Shown: positions 28,583 to 38,294, counted from the first letter of the stretch. The stretch: 64,000 bases of DNA from Pseudomonadota bacterium (GCA_018970485.1 JAGWWH010000003.1:20497-84496), one strand, 5' to 3'. Program-made: numbers and translations. The notes: generated by a model from the sequence alone, not told the origin.

Positions 28583-29890
28583 CTATCTCAACTTCTTTCG
28601 CAGCTCCGACCAATATTTTAGCCTCTTTTGCAGGTCTCGCTCAAACCCCCTTTCATTTGGTTCGTAGAATTTTTGGCGACTCAATTCAGCGGGAAAAAAC
28701 TCCTGACCAGAAAAGCAATCTGGCGTGTCGTGATCATAAATATAGCCATCTCCAAAGCCTTGCTCCTTCATCATTTTTGTTGGCGCGTTTAAAATATTTT
28801 TCGGCGGCAAAAGATGAGAAGTGCGAGAAGCCTCGCTAATTGCGGCTTTGTGAGCTAAGTAAGAGGCGTTGGATTTCGGTGACGTCGCACAATAAATCGT
28901 TGCATGAGAAAGCGCGTAATCACCTTCGGGACTTCCCAAAAAATCATAATTTTCTTTCGCAGCCATTACTTGCAGCAAAGCATTTGGGTCGGCGAGGCCA
29001 ATATCCTCAGTCGCAAAACGCGCGAGGCGACGCAAAATGTAGTAAGGATCTTCTTTGGCTTCGAGCATTCGCGCTAGATAATACAAGGCCGCATCAACAT
29101 CAGAACCACGCAAAGATTTGTGGAAGGCGCTGATTAAGTTAAAATGAAAATCGCCTTTTTTATCAAAATGCGCGGCACGTTTAGAAATTATTTTTAGTAA
29201 TTTTTCGGACGAAATTTTTTCTTTCGTAGCGAGTGAAAATAAAATCTCACAAACATTCAGCAAATATCGTGCATCGCCGCAAGCTAGATCAATCAAGGCT
29301 TCGCGACCATCTTCGGTTAGAGGTAATTCTTTTTTTAAAACTTTTTCTGCGCGCTTGAGAATTTTAGCGAGAGCAACTTCATCGAGCATTTTTAATGTCA
29401 CAACTTTGCAGCGCGAAAGTAGTGCGGCATTGAGTTGGAACGAAGGATTTTCTGTTGTCGTGCCAATTAAAGTGATGGTGCCGTCTTCGATCGCGGGAAG
29501 AAAAAGATCTTGTTGGGTTTTGTTGAAATGATGGATTTCGTCGATCATCAAAAGGGTTTTGCCGCTTTTTGCGGGGGCTTCGACAAGCTCAGCCTGACGG
29601 TTATTGTGAGCTAATCTTGCGGCGTGCTCGATCACTTTTCTAACTTCAGCTACGCCAGAATTAATCGCCGAAAGCGCGACAAATTCTGCATCAGAAATTT
29701 TTGCTAAGGATTTAGCGATCGTTGTTTTACCTACTCCCGGAGGCCCCCAGAGAATCATTGAGGGAATATTTTTACTCTCAGAAATCAGCGACAAAATTCC
29801 CGCATCACCAATTAAATGATCCTGCCCAATCAAATCAGAAAGGCTTTCGGGACGTATTAGATCGGCTAATGGTTGCTGCTGATTTTTCAT
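28583..29890 (-). CDS. rarA: replication-associated recombination protein A (AAA+)
   Basis: Motifs GPPGVGKTT, LMIDEIHHFNK and the MgsA C-terminal domain. Start at Met26 of ORF 28583..29965. Confidence 0.9.
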   Translation of the reverse strand: MKNQQQPLADLIRPESLSDLIGQDHLIGDAGILSLISESKNIPSMILWGPPGVGKTTIAKSLAKISDAEFVALSAINSGVAEVRKVIEHAARLAHNNRQAELVEAPAKSGKTLLMIDEIHHFNKTQQDLFLPAIEDGTITLIGTTTENPSFQLNAALLSRCKVVTLKMLDEVALAKILKRAEKVLKKELPLTEDGREALIDLACGDARYLLNVCEILFSLATKEKISSEKLLKIISKRAAHFDKKGDFHFNLISAFHKSLRGSDVDAALYYLARMLEAKEDPYYILRRLARFATEDIGLADPNALLQVMAAKENYDFLGSPEGDYALSHATIYCATSPKSNASYLAHKAAISEASRTSHLLPPKNILNAPTKMMKEQGFGDGYIYDHDTPDCFSGQEFFPAELSRQKFYEPNERGFERDLQKRLKYWSELRKKLR

Positions 29891-29982
29891 TTTTTGATCG
29901 AAGAAAATAATTTGTCTGGGGTGGCAAAATAGAAGGTCGCAACTTAGTTTGAGCTCACCCTTCAATTTTTAAAAACTAAACT

Positions 29983-30300
29983 ATGACCAAAGAAACTTCC
30001 GATAATTCTTTCAGTAAAGACGTTCTCGATTCAAAAATTCCTGTGCTCGTTGATTTCTGGGCGCCTTGGTGCGGACCATGCCGCCAACTTTCGCCAATTG
30101 TTGATGAAGTTGCGAAAGATTTCGAAGGCAAAATCGCAGTGTTCAAATGTAATGTTGATGAAAATCCTGAAACTCCATCGAAGTATATGGTAAGAGGAAT
30201 CCCAGCCTTAATAATTTTCAAAGATGGTAAGGTTGTCGACACCAAAGTTGGCTCTCTACCAAAACCAGCTTTGATCGAATGGATAAGAAAAAATTCTTAA
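29983..30300 (+). CDS. trxA: thioredoxin
   Basis: WCGPC active site, 105 aa. Confidence 0.95.
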   Translation: MTKETSDNSFSKDVLDSKIPVLVDFWAPWCGPCRQLSPIVDEVAKDFEGKIAVFKCNVDENPETPSKYMVRGIPALIIFKDGKVVDTKVGSLPKPALIEWIRKNS

Positions 30301-31109
30301 AAAGTTCCTGCGAATATTATCGAAATTCCAACTCGCTGATTGTGAAAGTAGGATGCGAGTTGGAATTTTTTTTGCTTGGAGCAAATAATTCGCAAGTCGA
30401 CGAATTCATTGCCGAATTGCAAAATAAAGATTGGCAAGTTGAGAGGGAGAGAGGCGCGAGCCAAATAGAAATCAAAACTGATTTTACTGCTGATTTAGAA
30501 GCCCTTTGTATTGAGCTCGAGGAGAAAAAAAAATTCGTAAGAAATCTTGCTACAGAAAAAAAATTAATCGCCTCTTTTGCCGCACAGCCATTTCTTGATG
30601 ATTGCGGTAGCGCCTTACAGTTCAATATCTCGCTGCACAACTCAGATGATGAAAATATTTTTTTAACTGACGAAAAAATTCTGCAAAACTCGATCGATTC
30701 TTTACTCAACTTCACCAATCAAATGATGATTTTTTTGGCGCCAAAAAAAGAGGATTATTTGCGTTTTTCGCGCGAGATAAATCAGAAACTTTTTCAAAAA
30801 GGAAAATTTACTGCGCCAATAAATTTGAGCTTTGGAAATGATAATCGTACCTGCGCGATTCGGATCAAAAAAACAAAAACAGGAAAAAGATTGGAATATC
30901 GAGTAGCCTCTGCTGACGCTGATCCTTGGCTTTGTATTTCCGCTATTATTCTTGCCCTAACACAAAAATCTCCAAACAAATTTACGCCAATTTTTGGCAA
31001 CTCTTTTGAAGAAAAATTTCTGCTAAAAGAGATTATTCAGAGTTTAGAAGAGGCCGAAAAAGAATTTCAAAAGGAAGAAAATTTTATTCAAAAATTCTTC
31101 TCAAGGTAA
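30279..31109 (+). CDS. glutamine synthetase catalytic-domain-like protein lacking the N-terminal domain
   Basis: Motifs GCELEFFL, LQFNISLH, NRTCAIRI and RLEYRVASADADPWL. Only 276 aa. Confidence 0.6.
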   Translation: MDKKKFLKSSCEYYRNSNSLIVKVGCELEFFLLGANNSQVDEFIAELQNKDWQVERERGASQIEIKTDFTADLEALCIELEEKKKFVRNLATEKKLIASFAAQPFLDDCGSALQFNISLHNSDDENIFLTDEKILQNSIDSLLNFTNQMMIFLAPKKEDYLRFSREINQKLFQKGKFTAPINLSFGNDNRTCAIRIKKTKTGKRLEYRVASADADPWLCISAIILALTQKSPNKFTPIFGNSFEEKFLLKEIIQSLEEAEKEFQKEENFIQKFFSR

Positions 31110-31180
31110 GGATTAATTGATTAGATCAAAAAGAAGCAGCGAATCAAAAAATAAAAAACTGATCAGATCTCGATCTCTTG

Positions 31181-32290
31181 CTACCTGATTTTTTCAACAA
31201 CATTCACTGGCAATAAAATAAAATATCTACCTTGCGAAGCTGTGTAGGATGCAAGCTCTTCAGCCTTATCGCCGTAGCCAAAAAATATGTCGCCACGAAT
31301 TGTTCCTTTGATTGCCGAGCCAGTATCTTGGGCTATAAAAAGATGTGAGTAATTTTCCGTTGAGCCATCTTTCTTCTTTAAATTTGTTTCAAGCCAAAGC
31401 GGCATGCCGTAGGGAATAACATCGCTATCAACAGCAAGAGAGCGCTCCGCAGTAAGTGGAACACCCTGTCCTCCAACAATGTATTCACCGTCTGCAATTC
31501 TAAAGAAGGTGTAAGCGGAGTTGATATTCATGGCTTCATCAGCTTTATCGGGATTAGCTTTTAACCAGTTTCTCACTGATTCGGCATTCATCTGATTGCG
31601 ATTCAAATATTTGTGATCGACTAGGTAATTAGAAATTCCGCTAAAAGGCTGATTGTTTTTCGCCGCGAAGGCGACGTGAATTTCTGCACCATTATCCATT
31701 TTAATTCTTCCCGAACCTTGGATATGCATAAAAAAAAGATCAGCTTTATTATCGACGTAAAGAAGTTCTAAACCCTTACCATCGAGTGCTCCATCTTCAA
31801 TTTCAGCGCGACTAAAATAAGGTTCAGAAGTTAGATCACGAGGCTTGGCATAAAGAGGATATTGATATTTTTCAGTTTTAACTTTGCTGCCATTGAGCGA
31901 GGCTTCGTAATATCCAGTAAATAATCCAGTACTGCGTCCAAGACGAGTCTCAACTAAAAATGGCCTGAACCAATTTTCAAAAAAGTTCTTGGCTTGTCCG
32001 TTACTCATTGTTTTTACAAGATCAGCAATATCACAAACATCGCGAAAATCTCCAACCTTAATATCACCGATTTGACCACCAATCAAGCGGCTCTGAGGCA
32101 TTTTGGCAAATTTATTGCAGGAGTGAATAAAGGCCTGAATAGCTTTTTTGTGATCATCATTTTCCCATTGTGCCAAGTCAGAAAATTCAACTTGTGTAAG
32201 ATTTACGTCACCTTTGCCACTGATTGAAATGCGCTGAGAAACCAAACAAGAAGAAAGTAGAACAACTAATATTAGTGCGATGCGCGGCAT
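31181..32290 (-). CDS. mltA: membrane-bound lytic murein transglycosylase A
   Basis: MltA and 3D domain pattern (LAVDSDVIPYG...AQDTGSAIKG). Lipoprotein-like LSSC. Confidence 0.9.
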   Translation of the reverse strand: MPRIALILVVLLSSCLVSQRISISGKGDVNLTQVEFSDLAQWENDDHKKAIQAFIHSCNKFAKMPQSRLIGGQIGDIKVGDFRDVCDIADLVKTMSNGQAKNFFENWFRPFLVETRLGRSTGLFTGYYEASLNGSKVKTEKYQYPLYAKPRDLTSEPYFSRAEIEDGALDGKGLELLYVDNKADLFFMHIQGSGRIKMDNGAEIHVAFAAKNNQPFSGISNYLVDHKYLNRNQMNAESVRNWLKANPDKADEAMNINSAYTFFRIADGEYIVGGQGVPLTAERSLAVDSDVIPYGMPLWLETNLKKKDGSTENYSHLFIAQDTGSAIKGTIRGDIFFGYGDKAEELASYTASQGRYFILLPVNVVEKIR

Positions 32291-32371
32291 GATTTATGAT
32301 TTTTGATTTCAGATTTCTGATTTTAGAATGGCGACTAAATCTCAGATCTAAAATCTAAAATCAAAAACTTC
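32291..32371. repeat. mirror-symmetric GATTTT-type intergenic palindrome
   Basis: Left arm is GATTTATGATTTTTGATTTCAGATTTCTGATTTTAGA. Right arm is AAATCTCAGATCTAAAATCTAAAATCAAAAA. It fills the whole mltA-ychF divergent spacer. Confidence 0.5.
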
Positions 32372-33469
32372 ATGTCTCTCCAATGTGGAATCGTCGGACT
32401 TCCTAACGTCGGCAAATCAACTTTATTCAACGCACTTACTCAAACCGCCGCAGCACAAGCTGCCAACTATCCTTTTTGTACAATTGAGCCCAATGTCGGT
32501 CGCGTAAATGTGCCTGACGAACGTATGGAAAAATTGAGCAAAATCGCTGGATCGCAAACAATTATTCCAGTTCAAATTGAGTTTGTAGATATTGCTGGAT
32601 TAGTACGTGGAGCGAGCAAAGGCGAGGGTTTGGGCAATCAATTTCTTTCGCACATTCGCGAGGTTGATGCAATTATTAACGTCGTACGTTGCTTCGATGA
32701 TGAAAATATTACTCACGTTGAAAACTCGGTCGATCCACTGCGCGACATCGAATTGATTCAGCTCGAACTGATTATTGCCGATCTCGAAAGTTTGGAAAAA
32801 AGAATTCCAGCGATGGAAAAAAAGGCGAAGCAAGAAAAGGATCTCGCTGCACAAATCGAAATGGCAAAAAGAGTTTTGCTAGTTTTAAAGGAAGGAAAAG
32901 CTGCGCGTTTAACTGAAGTAAAAACAGTAGAAGAAGAAAAAATATTACATGCTTTGCAGCTAATCACCTCTAAGCCGCAACTCTTCGTCTGCAACTTAAA
33001 AGAAAACGAAATCTCTGGAAATAAATATTCCGAACTAGTCGAAAAATTTGGCAAAGCTAACGGTTACAAAGTTCTAAAAATCTGCGCGCAAATTGAAGCG
33101 GAAGTTGCTTCGCTCGAAACCGCGGAAGAGAAAAAAGAATTTCTTGAATCAGTCGGGCTTAAGGAAACCGGCCTTGCACAGATCATCAAAAATTCTTACG
33201 AGCTACTTGAGTTAATAACTTTCTTCACCGTCGGCCCAAAAGAATGTCACGCTTGGACTTTGAAAAAAGGTGGAAGCGCGCCGAAAGCTGCAGGTGTAAT
33301 TCACACTGATTTTGAAAAAGGATTTATTCGTGCCGAGACAATTTCATACCAAGATTACGTTTCTTTTAGCGGCGAAGAAGGTGCGAAGAATGCAGGAAAA
33401 TTAAGGCTCGAAGGCAAAGAATACATCACTCAAGATGGCGACGTGTTTCACTTTAGATTTAACGTTTAG
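32372..33469 (+). CDS. ychF: redox-regulated ATPase YchF
   Basis: GIVGLPNVGKST and a TGS-like C-terminus. Confidence 0.95.
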   Translation: MSLQCGIVGLPNVGKSTLFNALTQTAAAQAANYPFCTIEPNVGRVNVPDERMEKLSKIAGSQTIIPVQIEFVDIAGLVRGASKGEGLGNQFLSHIREVDAIINVVRCFDDENITHVENSVDPLRDIELIQLELIIADLESLEKRIPAMEKKAKQEKDLAAQIEMAKRVLLVLKEGKAARLTEVKTVEEEKILHALQLITSKPQLFVCNLKENEISGNKYSELVEKFGKANGYKVLKICAQIEAEVASLETAEEKKEFLESVGLKETGLAQIIKNSYELLELITFFTVGPKECHAWTLKKGGSAPKAAGVIHTDFEKGFIRAETISYQDYVSFSGEEGAKNAGKLRLEGKEYITQDGDVFHFRFNV

Positions 33470-33521
33470 AAAAATTATTTTGGCAAATAACCCAACAACA
33501 AAACTGCTTAATTAACAAAAA

Positions 33522-34040
33522 ATGTACTCAAAAAAACTTCAGGAAATTATTCGCGTTGATCATGCTGGAGAGTTTGGCGCAAAGGTAATTTACGCTGGGC
33601 AAATCGCTGCTCTGAAGCTAAAAAAAGACTTCGAAACTCTGAAAATAGTTGAAGAGATGAAGAAGCATGAAGATGTGCACTTTGATTTTTTTGATGCCGA
33701 AATTCGCGAGAGAAAAATTCGACCAACAGCAATGCAACCAATTTGGAAAGTTGGTGGATTCGCTCTTGGATTTTTTACTGCACTAGTCGACAAAAGAGCG
33801 GCAATGGCCTGTACTACAGCGGTTGAAGAGGTGATCGACGAACACTACAAATCACAACTCGATGCGATTGAAAATGAGGAAGAATTAAAAAATAAAATCG
33901 AAAATTTCCGTCAAGAAGAGTTAGAACATCGTGACATCGGCTATGAAAATCATGCTGCTGATTTAAAATATTTTAAACCCCTGACCCGCTTTATAAAAAC
34001 AACCACAAAACTCGCGATTGCGGTTTCAAAGAGAATTTAA
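33522..34040 (+). CDS. coq7: demethoxyubiquinone hydroxylase (COQ7 family)
   Basis: Di-iron EXXH repeats (EEMKKHEDVH, QEELEHRD) and RVDHAGE. Confidence 0.9.
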   Translation: MYSKKLQEIIRVDHAGEFGAKVIYAGQIAALKLKKDFETLKIVEEMKKHEDVHFDFFDAEIRERKIRPTAMQPIWKVGGFALGFFTALVDKRAAMACTTAVEEVIDEHYKSQLDAIENEEELKNKIENFRQEELEHRDIGYENHAADLKYFKPLTRFIKTTTKLAIAVSKRI

Positions 34041-34144
34041 ACTTATCACTAATCAAACAGAGTCGAAGGCAAGGAAAGTTTGGTAAAATATTTTTATTCC
34101 GACCTCACTTAATCAACAAAAAATCAATCTAAAAACTCAGCAAC

Positions 34145-34180
34145 AAAAAAGGCGGGATCCCTATCGGAACCCCGCCCCTC
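34145..34180. terminator. bidirectional hairpin terminator between coq7 and the H1-like gene
   Basis: AAAAAA-GGCGGG-loop-CCCGCC-CCTCTTT, giving a T-run on both strands. Confidence 0.55.
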
Positions 34181-34214
34181 TTTACTTTTTAGATTTTTTA
34201 CTTTCGCAACAAAA

Positions 34215-34415
34215 CTAATTTTTCTTTTTAGCTGCTACTTTTTTAACGGCTGGTTTTTTAGCTACTGCTTTTTTAGCAACTGGCTTTTTAGCAACCACTT
34301 TTTTTACAACTTTTTTAGCTACTACTTTTTTAGCGACTGCTTTTTTAGCCACTGGTTTTTTAGCAACTACTTTTTTGGCAGCTGGTTTTTTAGCAGCTGG
34401 TTTTTTAGCGACCAT
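34215..34415 (-). CDS. histone H1-like lysine/alanine-rich DNA-binding protein
   Basis: 66 aa made of (A/V)AKKP(A/V)AKK repeats. Confidence 0.7.
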   Translation of the reverse strand: MVAKKPAAKKPAAKKVVAKKPVAKKAVAKKVVAKKVVKKVVAKKPVAKKAVAKKPAVKKVAAKKKN

Positions 34416-34420
34416 GATAA

Positions 34421-35146
34421 TTATTTATTAAATTTTTGACCAATGAGAATAGTAATTTCGAAGAGTAAAATCAACAAAACCGCTAAACTCAGCTGACTCA
34501 CGACATCAGGTGGAGTAAGGATCGCGGCCACCACAAAGATGATCACAATCCAATATCTTCTCTTCCGTCTCAAGTCATTGGCCGACAACAAATCAAGTCT
34601 GATTAATAAAAGCAACAAGATTGGAAACTGAAATGCGACGCCAAATCCAAGCAGTAAATTTTCGACAAAATTTAGGTACTCACTCAACCTCGTTTCGAGC
34701 TGAATAGAAAAATTAGCAGAGCTGGCGAGCCCTTGAACCTCAAAGCTCGCGAAGAATTGCAAAGCGAGCGGTAAAATAAAAAAATAAGCAAAAATTGCGC
34801 CGCACAAAAATAAAAACGGTGAGAAAAAAATTATCAGCAAAATATTTTTTTTCTCATTTTTGTAGAGAGCCGGCGACAAAAAAAGATAAATTTCTGCGAG
34901 AAAAATCGGCGTAGAAAAAAATAATGCTGAAGAAAAAGAAAGTTTGAGATAGGTCACGAAAGCTTCAGCAGGGCTGGTGTAGATCAGTTTACGATTTTGC
35001 TGATTTGAAATTTCGATGAATGGCTGCAAAAGAATTTCATAAATTTTTTGTGCAGAAAAATAGCAGACGGCAAAAGCAACGCAGAAAAAAATTACTGAAA
35101 AAATTACGCGTGAACGAAGTTCGCGAAGATGTTCTTGAAGTGTCAT
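34421..35146 (-). CDS. tatC: twin-arginine translocase subunit TatC
   Basis: MTLQEHLRELRSR start (Met53 of ORF 34421..35302) and 6 TM segments. Its start overlaps the tsaD stop as TAATG. Confidence 0.9.
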   Translation of the reverse strand: MTLQEHLRELRSRVIFSVIFFCVAFAVCYFSAQKIYEILLQPFIEISNQQNRKLIYTSPAEAFVTYLKLSFSSALFFSTPIFLAEIYLFLSPALYKNEKKNILLIIFFSPFLFLCGAIFAYFFILPLALQFFASFEVQGLASSANFSIQLETRLSEYLNFVENLLLGFGVAFQFPILLLLLIRLDLLSANDLRRKRRYWIVIIFVVAAILTPPDVVSQLSLAVLLILLFEITILIGQKFNK

Positions 35147-36195
35147 TATGCTAATTCCCATCTTGCTTTTGGTTTGAAATTTAAGTCGTCGACAAATCCT
35201 AATTTTAATTTTTCTACACCTGCCCAAGCGACCATCGCGGCATTGTCGGTACACAAAGAAATTGGTGGAGCGATTACTTTTATCTGGTGCGCCAGCGCCC
35301 AATTCTCTAAGCGTGAATAGATGTAACGATTTGCAGCAACACCGCCAGCAATTATTAAATTTTTTGTTGGTTGCGGGCTGTTGGCGAGAACATTATTTAA
35401 TCTGTTTAAAATGATTTCGCAGACAATTTTTTGGAAAGATGCGCAAATATCAGCGCGATCTTTTTCACTTAATTTTTGTGGAGTTGTGAAGTGAGAAAAA
35501 TTTTCTCCAGTAAGTTTTTCTACTTCACGACGCACTGCAGTTTTGAGTCCAGAAAAAGAAAATGCGAAACGATGTGCTTCATCTTTTGAGTCGAGAAGTG
35601 GTCTCGAAAATTTAAAACGATTTTCATCACCAAGCTTCGCGAGCTTCTCCACCGCTGGTCCGCCGGGATAAGTTAATCCAACCATTTGCGCGATTTTATC
35701 GAAAGCTTCGCCGAGAGCGTCATCAATTGTTTCACCAAGTTTTTCGTAATCACCAACTCCGCGCGCAAATAAAATTTGGCAATGCCCTCCGGAAATTAAG
35801 AGTAACAAATAAGGAAATTTTAATTCGTTAGTAAGTCGCGCCGTCAAGGCGTGAGCCTCCAAATGATTCACCGCCAAAAAAGGTTTTTGAAAAATCGAAG
35901 CCAAAGTTTTTGCCGCCATCATTCCAACAATTACTCCGCCAATTAAACCCGGACCAGAAGTTGCTGCGAAGCCATCGATCTCTTCTAATTTTAAATTTGC
36001 TTCTTTGAGCGCTTGTAAAATCAGATCGTCAATAATCTCCACATGACCACGCGCCGCAAGCTCTGGAATCACTCCGCCGTATTTTTCATGCAGCTTGATT
36101 TGCGAATTAAGTGCGTGAGCCAAGATATTTTTTTGATCATCAACAATCGCGACAGCAGTTTCATCGCAGGAAGTTTCAATGCCGAGAATTTTCAT
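35146..36195 (-). CDS. tsaD: tRNA N6-adenosine threonylcarbamoyltransferase
   Basis: MKILGIETSCDET start and HLEAH and GGVAAN motifs. Confidence 0.95.
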   Translation of the reverse strand: MKILGIETSCDETAVAIVDDQKNILAHALNSQIKLHEKYGGVIPELAARGHVEIIDDLILQALKEANLKLEEIDGFAATSGPGLIGGVIVGMMAAKTLASIFQKPFLAVNHLEAHALTARLTNELKFPYLLLLISGGHCQILFARGVGDYEKLGETIDDALGEAFDKIAQMVGLTYPGGPAVEKLAKLGDENRFKFSRPLLDSKDEAHRFAFSFSGLKTAVRREVEKLTGENFSHFTTPQKLSEKDRADICASFQKIVCEIILNRLNNVLANSPQPTKNLIIAGGVAANRYIYSRLENWALAHQIKVIAPPISLCTDNAAMVAWAGVEKLKLGFVDDLNFKPKARWELA

Positions 36196-36464
36196 TACTT
36201 AAATAAATCTGAATGCGTTCCAGTGCACTCGAGAATTAATTCATCCTCTGTGACTTGATAAATTAACAACCAATCCGGCTCGATATGTAACTCTCGCGAG
36301 CCTTCATATTCACCGACTAGTCTGTGGTCGCGATATTTGTGAGGTAGTTTTTTATCAGAAATTATCAGCCCAACTACTTCTCGAAATTTACTCTCATCTC
36401 CTCCCCTCTTCATCATTAATTTAAATTCTTTTTTGAAGCGGTTTGTACGAGTGATGGTTTTCAT
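36195..36464 (-). CDS. yafQ: type II toxin, YafQ/RelE family mRNA interferase
   Basis: 89 aa with FKKEFKLMMKRG...HKYRDHRLVGEYEGSRELHIEPDWLLIY...GTHSDLF, the typical YafQ pattern. Confidence 0.8.
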   Translation of the reverse strand: MKTITRTNRFKKEFKLMMKRGGDESKFREVVGLIISDKKLPHKYRDHRLVGEYEGSRELHIEPDWLLIYQVTEDELILECTGTHSDLFK

Positions 36465-36531
36465 TTTATTGCCTGCGGGTTAGTTGCTATTCGATTCTGA
36501 CAAGATCTCTTTAGACCAAAAATATCATCGT

Positions 36532-36795
36532 TTAAAATGAAGATTTCAGATCCTTCATTAGCTGATCAACATTGGCGTAGGATTTTAGCCCACCCTTCTT
36601 CTTCCTACTTTCTTCAAGCGCTCTCACCGTTTCTTTTTTCAAAACTCTCACCACACCATCATCACGAATAAGAATTTTTTCTTTTGAGCGGATTGCATCT
36701 AGCACATAATCCTTGATTGAAACGCCCATGTGAACAGCGGCTAACTTCAACATTTTGTAGTCATGCTCGGGAATTTCGATTGTCATTTTAGTCAT
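36532..36795 (-). CDS. ribbon-helix-helix antitoxin (RelB/DinJ-like)
   Basis: 87 aa with an N-terminal RHH-like segment TIEIPEHDYKMLKLAAVHMGVSIKDYVLDAI. The C-terminal LKSYANVDQLMKDL tail is typical of RelB/DinJ antitoxins. It lies upstream of the toxin. Confidence 0.7.
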   Translation of the reverse strand: MTKMTIEIPEHDYKMLKLAAVHMGVSIKDYVLDAIRSKEKILIRDDGVVRVLKKETVRALEESRKKKGGLKSYANVDQLMKDLKSSF

Positions 36796-36801
36796 GTTTT
36801 A

Positions 36802-36839
36802 CCTGTAAATATGTTAAACCAGAAATACAGCTTTACAGG
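36802..36839 (-). promoter_or_regulatory. inverted repeat upstream of the antitoxin (candidate operator, or dnaB terminator stem)
   Basis: CCTGTAAA (36802-36809) and TTTACAGG (36832-36839), a perfect 8-bp inverted repeat with a 22-nt spacer. Confidence 0.3.
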
Positions 36840-36863
36840 AAAACGGTAAAAGACAAGGAGCAG

Positions 36864-38294
36864 CTAATGGTGATAAACATCGATATTCCCAAAGCGCGTA
36901 AATTCTGCGTCAAAGAATAAATCGATGGTTCCAACTGGGCCGTTACGTTGTTTTGCGATAATCACTTCAGTGCGATGTGCAACTTCTTGCATGCGCGTTT
37001 TCCACTCATTGAATTTTTCTACTTCACTCTCCGCCGGACGTTTGCGCTCTAAATAATAACCGTCGCGATAGATGAAGGCGACAACGTCGGCATCTTGTTC
37101 GATTGATCCTGATTCACGCAGATCAGAAAGTTGCGGACGCTTATCTTCACGCTGCTCAACCGCACGCGAAAGTTGTGAAAGAGCAATCACCGGAATATTA
37201 AATTCTTTGGCGAGTGCCTTCATGCCTTGGGTAATTTCCGAAATTTCCTGCACGCGATTTTCGCTCGCACGAGTTGAAACGCCGTGAACCAGCTGCAAAT
37301 AATCAATCACCAATAAAGAGAGATTGTGTTTACGCACCATTCTGCGCGCTCTGGTGCGAATTGCTGCGATTGAGAGTGCTGGCGTGTCGTCGACAAAAAA
37401 AGGTAACTTGGAAATTTCCGCTGAGCGCGTTGCGATCACTTCCCATTCATGTTCGCTGATTTGACCATTTCTGAATTTTGTCGCATTGATGCTGCATTCC
37501 GTTGAAAGTACACGCGCCGCAACTTGATCAGCCGACATTTCTAGCGAGAAAAATCCCACCGCCTTTTTTTCTTTTTGCTCAACGACGTCCTTGTTCATTA
37601 TTTTACAAGCATTGAGTGCCACCTGAATTCCTAAACTCGATTTACCCATCGAAGGACGACCGGCGAGAATAATTAAATCCGACTGCTGCATGCCGCCGAG
37701 AATTTTATCGAGATCCGTCAAGCCAGTAGAAACGCCACTAATGTGACTATCACGCTGTCTGGCTAATAAAGTTTTATTCAGAGTTTCGGTGAGCGAAGAA
37801 GAGATGCTGCGAAAATCACCACGACCATTTCCGTGTTCAGAAAGTTTGAAGAGAGTTGCTTCCGCTAATTCAATTTGTTGCGTTGCTGTAGTTTTTTCTT
37901 CAGTGGCGTAAATACGATTAACGATATCCTCGCCAACCATCGCCAATTCACGCTTCATCGCCAAATCGTGAATGACACGACCGTAATCAGAAATATCAAT
38001 AATGGCAGATGCCGCCGACAAAAGATTCGCCAAATAAAGTGCGCCGCCGACTGCTTTTATTGTCGGATCAGATTCAAAAAATTGTTTGAGCGTAACTTGA
38101 TTGGCGATGATTTCGATCTTGTCGATGTGATGAATAATCTGCGCGTAAATCTTCTGATGCGCCGGCTCATAAAAATGCTCCACCCGCAAAAATTCTGAGA
38201 CGCGATTTAAATATTCGTTGTTGAGAATAATCGTGCCAAGCACCGCCTGCTCTGCTTCGATGTTGAATAGTTCTTTGCGAGTTTCTTTTTCCAT
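36864..38294 (-). CDS. dnaB: replicative DNA helicase
   Basis: Walker A GRPSMGKSS, and motifs IDYLQL and RESGSIEQDADV. Confidence 0.95.
   Translation of the reverse strand: MEKETRKELFNIEAEQAVLGTIILNNEYLNRVSEFLRVEHFYEPAHQKIYAQIIHHIDKIEIIANQVTLKQFFESDPTIKAVGGALYLANLLSAASAIIDISDYGRVIHDLAMKRELAMVGEDIVNRIYATEEKTTATQQIELAEATLFKLSEHGNGRGDFRSISSSLTETLNKTLLARQRDSHISGVSTGLTDLDKILGGMQQSDLIILAGRPSMGKSSLGIQVALNACKIMNKDVVEQKEKKAVGFFSLEMSADQVAARVLSTECSINATKFRNGQISEHEWEVIATRSAEISKLPFFVDDTPALSIAAIRTRARRMVRKHNLSLLVIDYLQLVHGVSTRASENRVQEISEITQGMKALAKEFNIPVIALSQLSRAVEQREDKRPQLSDLRESGSIEQDADVVAFIYRDGYYLERKRPAESEVEKFNEWKTRMQEVAHRTEVIIAKQRNGPVGTIDLFFDAEFTRFGNIDVYHH

Noticed and set aside
35147-35302. 52-aa N-terminal extension of tatC from an upstream non-ATG start
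   Set aside because: The extension overlaps the tsaD 3' end and is Arg/Cys-rich off-frame sequence. Conserved TatC sequence begins at MTLQEHLRELRSR.
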